Part shown: positions 50,673-60,677 of the stretch, piece after piece
How the letters are laid out: every line of letters starts with the position of its first letter
How positions within the stretch are numbered: the first letter of the stretch is position 1
From: an uncultured Chlamydiae bacterium
GTDB lineage: Bacteria > Chlamydiota > Chlamydiia > Chlamydiales > Parachlamydiaceae
Assembly: GCA_963830365.1 (NCBI GenBank)
Contig: CAWHMU010000036.1
Coordinates: 96,721-160,720 of the forward strand
Length of the DNA stretch: 64,000 nt
Reading direction: 5' to 3'
The notes under the pieces: generated by a model
Database searches by the model: none
What the model was told of the DNA's origin: nothing
What the model saw: the letters and a program-made list of their open reading frames with translations, nothing else
Position numbers and translations under genes: made by a program

Positions 50673-51764
50673 ATGGAAATGAAAGGGGTGGGGGTCAATC
50701 CGATCTCTCAAGTCCACTACATAGACCACCTGGCCGTTGTCTGCATCATCATGGGCATGCCCCTAATTTTTGTAGAGCCGAACGATTATGAGCTGGCCAA
50801 ACGCTATTATCCGCAGTTGGATGCGCAGCTCATTGACTATCAGCAGTTAAATCCGGAATATCTGATCGCCCGCTACGACGTGCTGTTCATGTCAGACCTT
50901 TGGGATAGAAATGTCTTCCACGAAAAATATCGGGGATTGGAAGAGAAATATCAAAAAACGCTCCGCCATGTGCATTGTCCGCATGGATTCTCTGACAAGG
51001 GCTTTTACCTGAAGAAATGTGTCAATGAAGATATCGTGCTGATCTACGGGCAGAATATGCTTGATTTGCTCAAACACCATGAAGTTCTGCCCCAGCTGCT
51101 TAACTACGTCATCTGCGGAAACTATCGTTATTCCTATTACAAGCAGCATAGCAAGTTCTTCGACCAGATCATCGCCGATGAAATCATGCCGCGCTTTGCC
51201 AAAAAGCAGCCCGTCATCCTCTACGCTCCCACCTGGATGGATTTGACAGAATCGACCACATTTTTTGAGGCCTATAACGATATTTTGGGCTATCTGCCCG
51301 ATAGCTACAACATGATCGTCAAACTGCATCCGCGCCTGGAAATCGACGACTCCGGCCTTTACCACCATATTGTCGGCAAGTTCGAACATAAGCCCAATGT
51401 GCTATTCTTAAAGGATTTCCCGCTCGTCTATCCGCTGCTGGCGCATACCGACATCTATCTGGGGGATACCTCGTCGGTCGGCTATGACTTCTTGCCTTTC
51501 GATAAACCGATGTTTTTCTTGAATAAACGGCGCGGCGATCCCAAGCTGGAAAGGGATCTGTATCTATTCCGCTGCGGCATAGATATCAAGCCGGACGCCT
51601 ATCCGCTCATGTACCGCCTGATGGAAACACACCTGCCGCAGGATAGCGACCGCTTCAGCGAGGTGCGGGCGGCTGTCTATCAATATACTTTCGGGGTGGA
51701 ACGGCCTTTTGCCGATATCAAGGCAGATCTCATCAAAGCCTATCAAAAGCCTTTAATGCTCTAA
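50673..51764 (+). CDS. CDP-glycerol glycerophosphotransferase (TagF-like) family protein
   Basis: HCPHG, ILYAPTW, VKLHP, DTSSVGYDFL..DKPM. Confidence 0.82.
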   Translation: MEMKGVGVNPISQVHYIDHLAVVCIIMGMPLIFVEPNDYELAKRYYPQLDAQLIDYQQLNPEYLIARYDVLFMSDLWDRNVFHEKYRGLEEKYQKTLRHVHCPHGFSDKGFYLKKCVNEDIVLIYGQNMLDLLKHHEVLPQLLNYVICGNYRYSYYKQHSKFFDQIIADEIMPRFAKKQPVILYAPTWMDLTESTTFFEAYNDILGYLPDSYNMIVKLHPRLEIDDSGLYHHIVGKFEHKPNVLFLKDFPLVYPLLAHTDIYLGDTSSVGYDFLPFDKPMFFLNKRRGDPKLERDLYLFRCGIDIKPDAYPLMYRLMETHLPQDSDRFSEVRAAVYQYTFGVERPFADIKADLIKAYQKPLML

Positions 51765-51786
51765 AACTGGAAAGTACAGTAGTATG

Positions 51787-52098
51787 GTCTCTGTTTAATA
51801 GGCTGTGAATCCGATTCAACGCAAAGAGCGCAAAGATACAAAGAGCGCAAAGGAAGACCACAGAGGCACCGAGACACAGAGAAACAAACAGTAAATAACA
51901 GGATGGCAGGATAGATAACGGTCGAGTTTTCTTTGCGGCTCTGCGCTCTTTGCGTTGAATCGGATTCACAGCCTATTAAACAGAGACAATGATACCCTTC
52001 GGCCGTGTTCATCCTGTCTATCCTGCCGGAGCCCAAGCGACGATCATGCCCATCCTGTAAATATTCTCTGTATCTCTGCGTCTCGGTGCCTCTGTGGT
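51787..52098. repeat. Composite palindromic REP-like element between convergent genes
   Basis: Perfect 46-bp IR (51787-51832 / 51942-51987) interlocked with ACCACAGAGGCACCGAGAC / GTCTCGGTGCCTCTGTGGT and CAGGAT / ATCCTG repeats. Confidence 0.85.
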
Positions 52099-52113
52099 GC
52101 ATTGCCTGCCTTT

Positions 52114-52800
52114 CTAGCAACTAAAGGTTTTGAGCAGGTTGTTGGCGCGCACCAGATCTTCCGGGAAATCCACTTCGGTACACTGCTCCCTATCCACACA
52201 CACACTCCACAGCGCCATGCCCTGCTCGATGCCCAATTCAAGGGCGCGCTCGAAATAGTCCATGGGGGCGCAAGTTGCCAAATTGGCGCGCAGGCGGTCA
52301 AGGTCTTGGGCGCTGCAATAATTGATGCCTAGGGCTTCGCCCTGCGGCACTGCCACCTTTTTGGAGACCTCCAGGATCTGGCCGCGGCTGTCCTGGCGGT
52401 ATTTGACCTCCTCCTCGCCGACAGCGCCGCTGTTGACCACCATGCTGGTGCGGGGATGCGCCAGCACGGCTGCCAGGACGGAAGGGTGGAAGACGACATC
52501 GCCATTCAGCCAAAGGACATCTTCGTGGCATTTTACCAGCGCCCTTAACAGGCTTTTGGAGGTGTTTTCGGTAGCGAAATCAGGGTTATAAACATATAGC
52601 AGGGTGGGGAATGCCTCCATGATCAGTTCTTTGTGATAGCCCACGACGATGATTATATCGTCTAATGGAACATAGCGGCCAATGGCTTCGAGCTGCAGCC
52701 CCAGGATGGATTTTCCGTTGATTAAGCGCGTGAGCGGTTTCGGGAGGTCGCCTTGCCCCAGGCGATTGCCCCGGCCGGCGGCTAAAATGACAACTTTCAT
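52114..52800 (-). CDS. Nucleotidyltransferase, phosphocholine cytidylyltransferase (LicC)-like
   Basis: ILAAGRGNRL, PKPL, VVGY, NTSKSL, LNGDV, EVDFPEDL. Confidence 0.85.
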   Translation of the reverse strand: MKVVILAAGRGNRLGQGDLPKPLTRLINGKSILGLQLEAIGRYVPLDDIIIVVGYHKELIMEAFPTLLYVYNPDFATENTSKSLLRALVKCHEDVLWLNGDVVFHPSVLAAVLAHPRTSMVVNSGAVGEEEVKYRQDSRGQILEVSKKVAVPQGEALGINYCSAQDLDRLRANLATCAPMDYFERALELGIEQGMALWSVCVDREQCTEVDFPEDLVRANNLLKTFSC

Positions 52801-52951
52801 CGCTAGTCCCTTTGCGTGTTCAAGCTAAAACATCACCATAGGGGAGGCGGCATTATTTTGAAATAGAAAGGGGGATGGAAAAGGAGATCAAGCGCCTTGC
52901 TTGGCATATGCAGCCCTGCAAGGCGCGAAATATAAACCGAATGGATAGCTA

Positions 52952-53242
52952 CTAGACTTTGGAAACAGCGCGTGCAGCCAGGCGTGATTTCGTGCGGCTA
53001 GCTTTGTTGAGCTTAAAGACACCGCGTTTTACGCCTTTGTCCATCAAGCTATAGACGGCATCCAGATTTTGTTTTACGAGTGTATCATCGCCTTTAGGCA
53101 GGGATTCGTCGAATTGGCGGATGGCCGTTCTCACACTTGATTTGAAGGCTTTATTGCGCAGTCTGCGCTTTTCGCTTTGGTCATCCCTTTTAAGCGGGGT
53201 TGGACGCTTCACTTTAACTTTTACAGCTTCTTCTTTAGCCAT
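52952..53242 (-). CDS. rpsT: 30S ribosomal protein S20
   Basis: KR..QSEKRRLRNKAFKSSVRTAIR...DKGVKRGVFKLNKASRTKSRL. Confidence 0.95.
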   Translation of the reverse strand: MAKEEAVKVKVKRPTPLKRDDQSEKRRLRNKAFKSSVRTAIRQFDESLPKGDDTLVKQNLDAVYSLMDKGVKRGVFKLNKASRTKSRLAARAVSKV

Positions 53243-53387
53243 TGTTCCTCGTATTTGGTTAGGGAGTCTCTGTTAAGAGGCTCTTAGATCAATTAAGGTA
53301 AAAGTATACTCGGGGGGTAATAATTCGTCAAAGATAAAAAATGACTAAAAAGGTGATTTCTCAGAAACTAATGGCGGCGGCGGCTTT

Positions 53388-55556
53388 TCACTCGCGCTTA
53401 AAATCAGCGTCTACCGTTTTATCTTCGGGGGGAGCTTCGAGGGGAGCATTGGCCAGCTCTGCCGGCGTCTGGTCGGTCAAAACCTTTTCGCGCAGGTTGT
53501 CGGCGCGCAGATAAAGCAGTCTCAGCATATTGGCATCAAAGAAATCAGGCATTTCTTTGCCTTTGCCGACGATATTTTTTATGACCTCTTCGATCCTTTC
53601 CTTAGAGAGCTCTCTTTTAATAAATTCTTTTGTCTCATCGGTGAACTTGGCTTCAGCCAAGCCGAGATTCTTCCATTTATATTGGTTGCGGCCTGGACTG
53701 AAAAGAGAATCGAGGACGTTGGGATCTTTTTTCATAAATGGCTTGGGGTGTTTTTTGGGAAAGGCATTGGCATTGTCAATGGCTTTGATGTGTTGAAGTG
53801 TTCTTTTGCCATGGGCATCGGGAGCAGAAAAGATGACAAACCAATTTTCCTCATGGCGATCGAGATTGCCGATCAGGTAGTCGAAAAGGGCGAACTTTTG
53901 GAATAGCGTTTTTTCAGCCTCAGTGTATGCTGTCAGTGGCTGATCGAAAGCTCCTTTTTCAATCTCTTTGATGGCTTCGACATAGTTGTGAGTTTCGGTT
54001 TTGACAACTTCTGCGCTAATTGTTTTGGCCTCATCGTTCCTCACAGTTGATGAAGGCGGCTTGACTGAAGCTCCCACTGAAGCTCCAATAGAAGAAGCGT
54101 TAATAGCCGCAATTTCAAGGGCGCTGGCCTTTCTGGCGGTCAAAATTTCCCCGCTAGCCATTACTTGGCTAATGATGGAATAGCTTCTTTCCTTACTGAC
54201 AAAAAGCTGCAATACGCCTTTGTTTTTAAGCACAGCATCGGCGGAGGGGGGGGCTAGGTCGAAATGGAAATCACGGCTGATCAGATAGGCCATTTTTTCG
54301 GCTTGTGGCTGGGCCATGGTTTTTTGACTTAAATAGCTGAGCTGTCCGAAGAAAGAGCGGAAAAAATTTTTAAATTTAGTACCAAAAGGCACATCGGCAC
54401 TGCTGATTTTATGCACACCGATGGGTTTGTTGTTGATATCGGTAATGAGCATTGTGCCGGTGGTGCCTTTATTGGCCTCGCTGCCATGCCCAAGCATGAT
54501 GGCAAGTTCGGCTTTGGCAATTTTGCGCTTCAATTTATGGGCGGCATCGGTGGCCAGGGCCGGCCGGTCTTTTTTTTCAGCGCGCAGGATGGCCAGTTCT
54601 GGATGAAGATAATTTTGCACGACTTTTGCCATCTTGCCATCGGTAGAAAATGGACTTATATTGAGCTTGGGCAGGATTTTAAAATAAAGCTTGTGGAAGG
54701 CTTTGTCGAATTTTCTTGTCTTTGCTGTTTCCACCGTAGGATGGCGGCCGATGATTTCGGCGGCCAGGTTGGTGGTTTTGACAATTTGGGCTTGAAAAGC
54801 TTTAAGCTGCTTTTGGTGATCGAACTCGAAATTTTTCAAATGATTTGTATGCGTGAAGGGGATGAAATCGAGGAATTTGAGCCATAGTTTTTTCAAAAAG
54901 GAGCCGCCGTCTGACAGCTGGCTGGCGATGGCATCCGTTTGGCAGCCAAAGATATGCATGTCGATGTAGGCGTTAAGCCCTTCGGCAATGGCCGCCTTGC
55001 TCTTTTCTATATCCACTCCGACCGCTGCAAAGTGTGCTTGGACAGTCGCCAATTCAGCCGGCGTTAATTTGCTGTCACTGCCGCCGCATTCCTGCATGAT
55101 CGATTTTTGGCTGGCGTAGGCATGGTGGAGTTTGGTTAACTCGTTTGCAAGTTGCTGAAATAGAAGTGGATCAGTTTTGGCGAACAGTCGGCTAATCTCA
55201 CCTTGGAAGGCCTTCAGATCTTCATTTAATTGCTCGTATAATCGCCCGTCGCGAGCGCAGAATTGGGTAAACTTTTCAATTGATGGCTGAAAGGTGGTCT
55301 TTGCGATTGCGTCGGTGGCTTGATCAGTAGCATCGCGGCCGGCCTGGTGTTTGACTTCTCGATCAACCAGCAGCGGCTTGGTGGCCGCGCCGGCAGACAA
55401 TGGCCGCCCAAGCGGAGTCAAGTAGGCGCGCGCCGTCTCGGACAATTCCAAACTGTCTAGGAAGCGCAAACACGGGGAAGCCTTGGCAGAAAGGCCTTCG
55501 TTAGCAGATGGCGCTTTGCCTGCTTCGGTCGGAGGTGGAAAGTTTGATGGCACCAT
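53388..55556 (-). CDS. Phosphatidylinositol 3/4-kinase family (PI4K-II-like) protein, candidate effector
   Basis: KGTTGT, IGVHK, EKMAYLIS..F.LAPP, GVLQLFV, DYLIGNLDRHEENW, AIDNANAFP. Confidence 0.85.
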   Translation of the reverse strand: MVPSNFPPPTEAGKAPSANEGLSAKASPCLRFLDSLELSETARAYLTPLGRPLSAGAATKPLLVDREVKHQAGRDATDQATDAIAKTTFQPSIEKFTQFCARDGRLYEQLNEDLKAFQGEISRLFAKTDPLLFQQLANELTKLHHAYASQKSIMQECGGSDSKLTPAELATVQAHFAAVGVDIEKSKAAIAEGLNAYIDMHIFGCQTDAIASQLSDGGSFLKKLWLKFLDFIPFTHTNHLKNFEFDHQKQLKAFQAQIVKTTNLAAEIIGRHPTVETAKTRKFDKAFHKLYFKILPKLNISPFSTDGKMAKVVQNYLHPELAILRAEKKDRPALATDAAHKLKRKIAKAELAIMLGHGSEANKGTTGTMLITDINNKPIGVHKISSADVPFGTKFKNFFRSFFGQLSYLSQKTMAQPQAEKMAYLISRDFHFDLAPPSADAVLKNKGVLQLFVSKERSYSIISQVMASGEILTARKASALEIAAINASSIGASVGASVKPPSSTVRNDEAKTISAEVVKTETHNYVEAIKEIEKGAFDQPLTAYTEAEKTLFQKFALFDYLIGNLDRHEENWFVIFSAPDAHGKRTLQHIKAIDNANAFPKKHPKPFMKKDPNVLDSLFSPGRNQYKWKNLGLAEAKFTDETKEFIKRELSKERIEEVIKNIVGKGKEMPDFFDANMLRLLYLRADNLREKVLTDQTPAELANAPLEAPPEDKTVDADFKRE

Positions 55557-55707
55557 ATATTACTCTTATAAATAAAGAATGCTATATTTATTATAATAAA
55601 ATACGCATAATCTGGCTAAGCCTTATTTTGCTTGGTTTTCCCCAATATATTGCATAAAAAAACAAAATATGTGTAGAGTGCAATCAACCGAATAGATCCC
55701 ATATCCT

Positions 55708-56556
55708 ATGCATGCCGTTATCGAAAAAGATTCCCTGTTGCTCGATGCCTTAGTGGCCTTGGCTCCCACCAGTTCAAAGACTACCTTGCGCTCCTGGCTG
55801 AAAGAGGGGCGCGTCAGCGTGGATGGACAGTCCGCCAAGCGCGCCGACATCCCACTGACTAAAGGTCAAGTCGTGACTGTCAGCGCCAAAGCGCAGTTTG
55901 TTGCCGATAAGATCCGCATAGTATACGAAGACGAGCATCTGATTGCTATCGACAAACCCTCCGGCCTGCTTAGCGTGGCGACGGCCTTTGAAAAGGGGGA
56001 GACGGTGCATGCCCTGCTTAAAAAACACTTCCATCCCCGCAAAGTCTTTGTCGTGCACCGCTTAGATCAAGACACCTCAGGCGTCATGCTCTTTGCCCTC
56101 TCTGACAAAGGCTATCATGGGTTAAAAGCCCTTTTTGAGAAACACGATATCGAACGCTCCTACTGCGCCATCGTCGAAGGGCGCATGCCGACGGCAAAGG
56201 GAACTTGGCAATCTTATCTATATGAAGACGGACAGTATCTGGTCCATTCCACCCCTAATGCCGAAGAAGGACGCATCGCCATCACGCACTACCGGCAAGA
56301 GAATGTCACACCGCGTTTCACCAGGCTCACGCTTACGCTGGAAACAGGACGCAAAAACCAGATCCGCGTGCATTGCCAAGATCACGGCTATCCTGTCGTC
56401 GGTGATAAAAAATATGGCGCGGCCACAGATCCCTTGCACCGCCTGTGCCTGCATGCCCAGTTGATCGCCTTCACCCATCCGGTGACTGGTAAAATGATGC
56501 GTTTTACATCCCCGCCGCCGGCCATTTTCGAACGTCTAGTCAAAGAGAAAAGCTAA
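55708..56556 (+). CDS. RluA-family pseudouridine synthase
   Basis: S4-like N-terminus, DKPSGLL, HRLDQDTSG, TGRKNQIRVH, GDKKYG, LHA. Confidence 0.95.
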   Translation: MHAVIEKDSLLLDALVALAPTSSKTTLRSWLKEGRVSVDGQSAKRADIPLTKGQVVTVSAKAQFVADKIRIVYEDEHLIAIDKPSGLLSVATAFEKGETVHALLKKHFHPRKVFVVHRLDQDTSGVMLFALSDKGYHGLKALFEKHDIERSYCAIVEGRMPTAKGTWQSYLYEDGQYLVHSTPNAEEGRIAITHYRQENVTPRFTRLTLTLETGRKNQIRVHCQDHGYPVVGDKKYGAATDPLHRLCLHAQLIAFTHPVTGKMMRFTSPPPAIFERLVKEKS

Positions 56557-56569
56557 CTTCAGGTGTGAT

Positions 56570-57019
56570 ATGCATAACAATTTCCTCTGGCAAGCCTTTT
56601 TAGTCGTCGTATTGCTGGTGACGCTGGCTTATAGCGGCATTGCGCTGTACCACTATTATGCCTACAGCCATCTGACAGCCCAGACAGATGACATATCTGC
56701 CATGCACTGGCAGATACAGGAAAAGAGCGATACCGCGTTTGTGGTAAAGGCCGATTATACCTTTACCATTCAGCAGCAGGCATTTGAGGGTAGCACCGCC
56801 TGGACCAAAGAGCCCTATCTCAACCGCTATGCCGCCGAGCAGGCTATCAAATTGATGACTGGCGAACATTGGCAGGTCTGGTACGACCAGCATAATCCCC
56901 ATCGCTCTTCCCTGCAAAAACAGTTTCCTATTAAAGAGTGTTTGTCGGCGCTCTTCTTATGGGTGCTGCTGCTCTATTTCGTGTGGCTGGGCTATTATGT
57001 GGCCAAATTTAAAACCTGA
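56570..57019 (+). CDS. Hypothetical membrane protein (terminal TM helices flanking a beta domain)
   Basis: N- and C-terminal TM segments; VWYD..NP..SSL. Confidence 0.75.
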   Translation: MHNNFLWQAFLVVVLLVTLAYSGIALYHYYAYSHLTAQTDDISAMHWQIQEKSDTAFVVKADYTFTIQQQAFEGSTAWTKEPYLNRYAAEQAIKLMTGEHWQVWYDQHNPHRSSLQKQFPIKECLSALFLWVLLLYFVWLGYYVAKFKT

Positions 57020-57032
57020 AGGAAACTGACAC

Positions 57033-57905
57033 ATGCACTCCATCATGCTGAGCAACAAGACAACCCAAGGCGAAAAACTGCAGGCCACTTTTCTGCCGGA
57101 CATGGGCATGAATATGATCAGCTTTAAAAAAGGCGACATAGAGGTCATCGACCAGTGTACCAAAACCCTTTTCGACGAACGCTATGCCGGCCTTGGCGCT
57201 CTTATCGGTCCCCATTTCCATCACCGCAACCCCGCCATCCTGCCGAAAATTGCCGATGAAACCCTCTTCCCCCATATCGCACGGGTAAGAGCCAAGGGCA
57301 TCACCGACCCCTTTTCGCATGGCATCGCCCGCTACGCCCCATGGCGCGCCACCGCCACCGAAAATAGCGTCGCTGCCGTCATTAGCGGCAAAGACATTTG
57401 GAACGGTGTGGCTTTGGCTTCCATGGAAGGGCAGAATTTCAGCATGCGCTATCATGCCGTGTTGACGCCGAACGGACTGCAGATCGATCTGGATGTGGTC
57501 AGCGATACCGACTCGCTAGTCGGCATCCACTACTACTATCATCTGCCCGAAGGCACAGGCAGGGTGATCAGCGCCGTGCAGCCTGAATACCTCGACCATG
57601 CCGGGAGAAAGCCCTTGCCGGCCGGCTGGCAGGTGGATAGCCAGCAGCTTGTGACCTTTGATCTGGCTGACGAATTCGATGACACCTTTTTCCCCTTCCC
57701 GAATCCACGCGCAGGCAAAATCACCCTCGATGCCGGCGCCTATAAGCTTGTCACCAGCTACCAGAGCCCCTCGCAGGAAAACTGCTGGCAGCTGTATCAT
57801 CCCAAGGGGGCCTCTTTCGTCTGCATCGAGCCGATCAGCTCCCAGGATCCCCGTCATCCCAACTTAAGCGTCAGCGCCCTGAAAATACACCTGGAAATCC
57901 TTTAG
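57033..57905 (+). CDS. Aldose-1-epimerase/galactose mutarotase-like protein
   Basis: HGIARY..W, GIHYYY, FDDTF, FVCIEP. Confidence 0.75.
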   Translation: MHSIMLSNKTTQGEKLQATFLPDMGMNMISFKKGDIEVIDQCTKTLFDERYAGLGALIGPHFHHRNPAILPKIADETLFPHIARVRAKGITDPFSHGIARYAPWRATATENSVAAVISGKDIWNGVALASMEGQNFSMRYHAVLTPNGLQIDLDVVSDTDSLVGIHYYYHLPEGTGRVISAVQPEYLDHAGRKPLPAGWQVDSQQLVTFDLADEFDDTFFPFPNPRAGKITLDAGAYKLVTSYQSPSQENCWQLYHPKGASFVCIEPISSQDPRHPNLSVSALKIHLEIL

Positions 57906-57910
57906 CAGCT

Positions 57911-59392
57911 TCAGGCCCGGTCCAAGGCTTTCTCTATAGCCTTGATAAAGGCTTTCAAAATTTTTATTCTGGCGTGATACTTGTCTTCTGATTCGATCAC
58001 AATCCATGGGGCCTGGTCGCTGCTGGTGCGGTCGATCATATCGCACACGGCCGTTTTGTAGGCCTGCCACTTTTTCCGGTTGCGCCAATCGTCGGGTGTG
58101 ATTTTGAAATTCTTGTAGGTGGTCTTTTTTCTAAGCCTGAACCTTCTGAGCTGTTCTTCTTTGCTGATCGCCAGCCAAAATTTCAAGATGACGGTGTTAT
58201 TCCGCATCAGCTGTTCTTCAAAATCCACGATTTCACTGTAGGCCCGCTGCCAATCCCTTTCCGAGCAAAAGCCTTCGACTCTTTCGACCAAAACTCTGCC
58301 ATACCAGGAACGATCAAAAATGGTGATCCGCCCGCGCCGCGGGATCTGCCGCCAGAATCTCCATAGATAGGGCTGTTTTTTTTCTTCATCAGAGGGAGCG
58401 GCCACGGGGATGATGCCGTACTGGCGCGCATCAAGGGCGCCCGTGATGCGGCGAATGCTGCCGCCTTTGCCGGCGGCATCATTGCCTTCGAAAACGGCGA
58501 TGATGGAGATCTTTTTGAATTTGGGGTGGCGGCTGAGCAGATTGAGCCGCCCTTGATACTTTTCAAGCAGAAGTTCGTATTTTTCCTTTGTCAATTTTTG
58601 AGATAAATCCAGGCAATCTAAAAGATCTTTATCGTCGATGGATTTAAAGGCAGGCACCCCCTTGCTTTTTATGGGTGTGTTGTTTTTGAGCTTTGACTGG
58701 ATGGCGGTAAGGATGGCTTTGCCTACGGTAAGGGAGCGGTAATTGGGGTCGCTGCCTTCAACTACCATCCAGGGGGCTTCCGCTGTGCTGGTATGTCTTA
58801 AGGCTACTTCCGAGACTTTCTTAAATTTGTCATAATATTCAAAACGCTTCCATTCCTCAGGCGTTACCCTCCATTTCGTTTTAGGATTTTTCTCAAAACT
58901 TTTAAGCCTTTTTTTCTGGTCATCTTTCGATAGGTGCATCCAGAATTTCAAGACCAGCGCCCCTTCATCGGTCAACATTTTTTCGAACCGATTGATCTCG
59001 TCAAGCTGGGACTCAAAAGCCCCCTTTTTTGTATTGGCAAGCACGCGGTTGATAATGGGTTCTGTATACCATGAGCCGAAAAAAAGTCCGAGGCGCCCCT
59101 TTGGGGGGAGGTTTTTCCAAAAACGCCACATGGCAGGATGATCGGCTTCCTCCTCCGTGGGCGCTCCGCAGGCGTGGGTTTGAATATAGCGGGGATCCAT
59201 CCATGCGTTTAGCAGATGCACGGTCTCGCCTTTGCCGGCACCGTCCACCCCCCCGATAATGATGACCACCGGAAAAGGGGAATTGTTCGCCAGCTCCGTC
59301 TGGACAGTAAGTAGCTCGCTGCGCAATTTAGGCAGTTCTTTTTCATACTGCCTTTTATCGATTTTATGATGGAGTTCGGCTGATTCAAACAT
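57911..59392 (-). CDS. pap: Polyphosphate:AMP phosphotransferase (two-domain PPK2, class II)
   Basis: GVDGAGKG and EGNDAAGKGG P-loops, FDRSWYGRVLVERVEG, EQLRRF..R. Confidence 0.95.
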   Translation of the reverse strand: MFESAELHHKIDKRQYEKELPKLRSELLTVQTELANNSPFPVVIIIGGVDGAGKGETVHLLNAWMDPRYIQTHACGAPTEEEADHPAMWRFWKNLPPKGRLGLFFGSWYTEPIINRVLANTKKGAFESQLDEINRFEKMLTDEGALVLKFWMHLSKDDQKKRLKSFEKNPKTKWRVTPEEWKRFEYYDKFKKVSEVALRHTSTAEAPWMVVEGSDPNYRSLTVGKAILTAIQSKLKNNTPIKSKGVPAFKSIDDKDLLDCLDLSQKLTKEKYELLLEKYQGRLNLLSRHPKFKKISIIAVFEGNDAAGKGGSIRRITGALDARQYGIIPVAAPSDEEKKQPYLWRFWRQIPRRGRITIFDRSWYGRVLVERVEGFCSERDWQRAYSEIVDFEEQLMRNNTVILKFWLAISKEEQLRRFRLRKKTTYKNFKITPDDWRNRKKWQAYKTAVCDMIDRTSSDQAPWIVIESEDKYHARIKILKAFIKAIEKALDRA

Positions 59393-59469
59393 AATACACC
59401 TCGACGCTTATCTTAATCGTAAAGGAATTAGTTGTCAAAAAAACTAAAGGTGCGTCCTCGAGCAGACGC

Positions 59470-60000
59470 CTATAATGGCAGATAGCGATAATCGATCGCT
59501 TCATTTTTCTTAGGACCAAGCACGCGCCAGCTTAGCTGGATGATATCATCATCGCAGCACAGCTGCCCAAAGTAGGCATCGTCCTTGCAGACATGCGGCT
59601 TAAGTGATGTCAGTGTATGGGCATCCGTGGGAACAAGCAGAAATAAAAACACCGGCTGATGTGCACCAAAGCGCAAGTGCTCAAGCCTGATGCCCTGCTG
59701 TGATTCGGTCAGCGTCCAGCGGAAGACGTTGCTGAAGGCAAAGCTCTGATTTTGCCCAGACTGCCAGCTGCCGCGCTCTAGAAAGAGCAGGGTAGTGGCA
59801 TCGACGCACTTGACCTCAACGCTGCCTTGACCATGGCCGTTCCAGCCCGTCACGGTTGTGTCAGACTTTGATGCGGCCGAAAACGACAGCCTTTGCACGC
59901 GCGCCAGGCTCTGCCAGGCTAGCTGCAGCGTCTTCTGGCCGGAAGAGAGGAAGTTGGAGTAAGATTTATTTTGGAAGGCTGGCAAAGGCATATGGGGCAA
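59470..60000 (-). CDS. Conserved hypothetical protein (DUF6314-like)
   Basis: GWNG.G.G.V, FLERGSW, NVFRW, HLRFG, HVC.DD.Y, W.V.GPKKNE. Confidence 0.7.
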   Translation of the reverse strand: MPHMPLPAFQNKSYSNFLSSGQKTLQLAWQSLARVQRLSFSAASKSDTTVTGWNGHGQGSVEVKCVDATTLLFLERGSWQSGQNQSFAFSNVFRWTLTESQQGIRLEHLRFGAHQPVFLFLLVPTDAHTLTSLKPHVCKDDAYFGQLCCDDDIIQLSWRVLGPKKNEAIDYRYLPL

Positions 60001-60677
60001 ATATGAGCATTTAGGGCTTTTATGTCGACCCCTTGGCCGTACATGTTCACAGGGAGTTTTGCAGGTCTTATATAGAGAAAAGAGTAAGCAAAAATAACAG
60101 GATATTACGATGGTCAGGATATGAAAATTGGATCATCCTCCGGACTATTAAGAAATCATTACGTTGGGAAAATAAATCTTCTAAATCCCTCATCCTGTTC
60201 ATCCTAATATCATGTTATTTTTCCTCCGGTGTGTTATCCATATTTCCCCATTTCTACGCACATTTCTAGATAAGTCTACAAAACCGGATGCATCAAAAAC
60301 AACTAGTTTCTTTATGGTTTAAAAAATATCTTTTGAAAAAAATCTTATCATGTAATAGGCTGCGGTTTATAAACAACATGGAAAAAAATGAATGTGTTGA
60401 AGTATTTTAAATCGTCGAAAGTCAAGCCCCTCATCCCCAAGCCTGCCATCAGCCTGACCGTCTACCGCCCCTCTTTCCGCTTTTCGTTCAAGCGGTAAGT
60501 TTCGCATTTCTCAAGGCAGTCGCTGGAGTTAGGGCCATCCCGCATCTCGCCCATGGATAACTGTCGTACCTTGTAAATATGTTTGGTGGTCAGGTTGCTT
60601 TATTAATTATATATTGATATTTTTATCTGTTTTTGGTATGATCCATCAGTAATTTATTAATCTCATTTTTTTGTTGA

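Noticed and set aside
51733..52332. ORFs across the palindromic repeat (also 44961..45308 and 45095..45301)
   Set aside because: SVSRCLCG and LCALC peptides are translations of the REP-like repeats.
60388..60498. Possible 36-aa basic sORF (MNVLKYFKSSKVKPLIPK...)
   Set aside because: No clear RBS, no recognisable family and no coupled downstream gene; cannot be supported.
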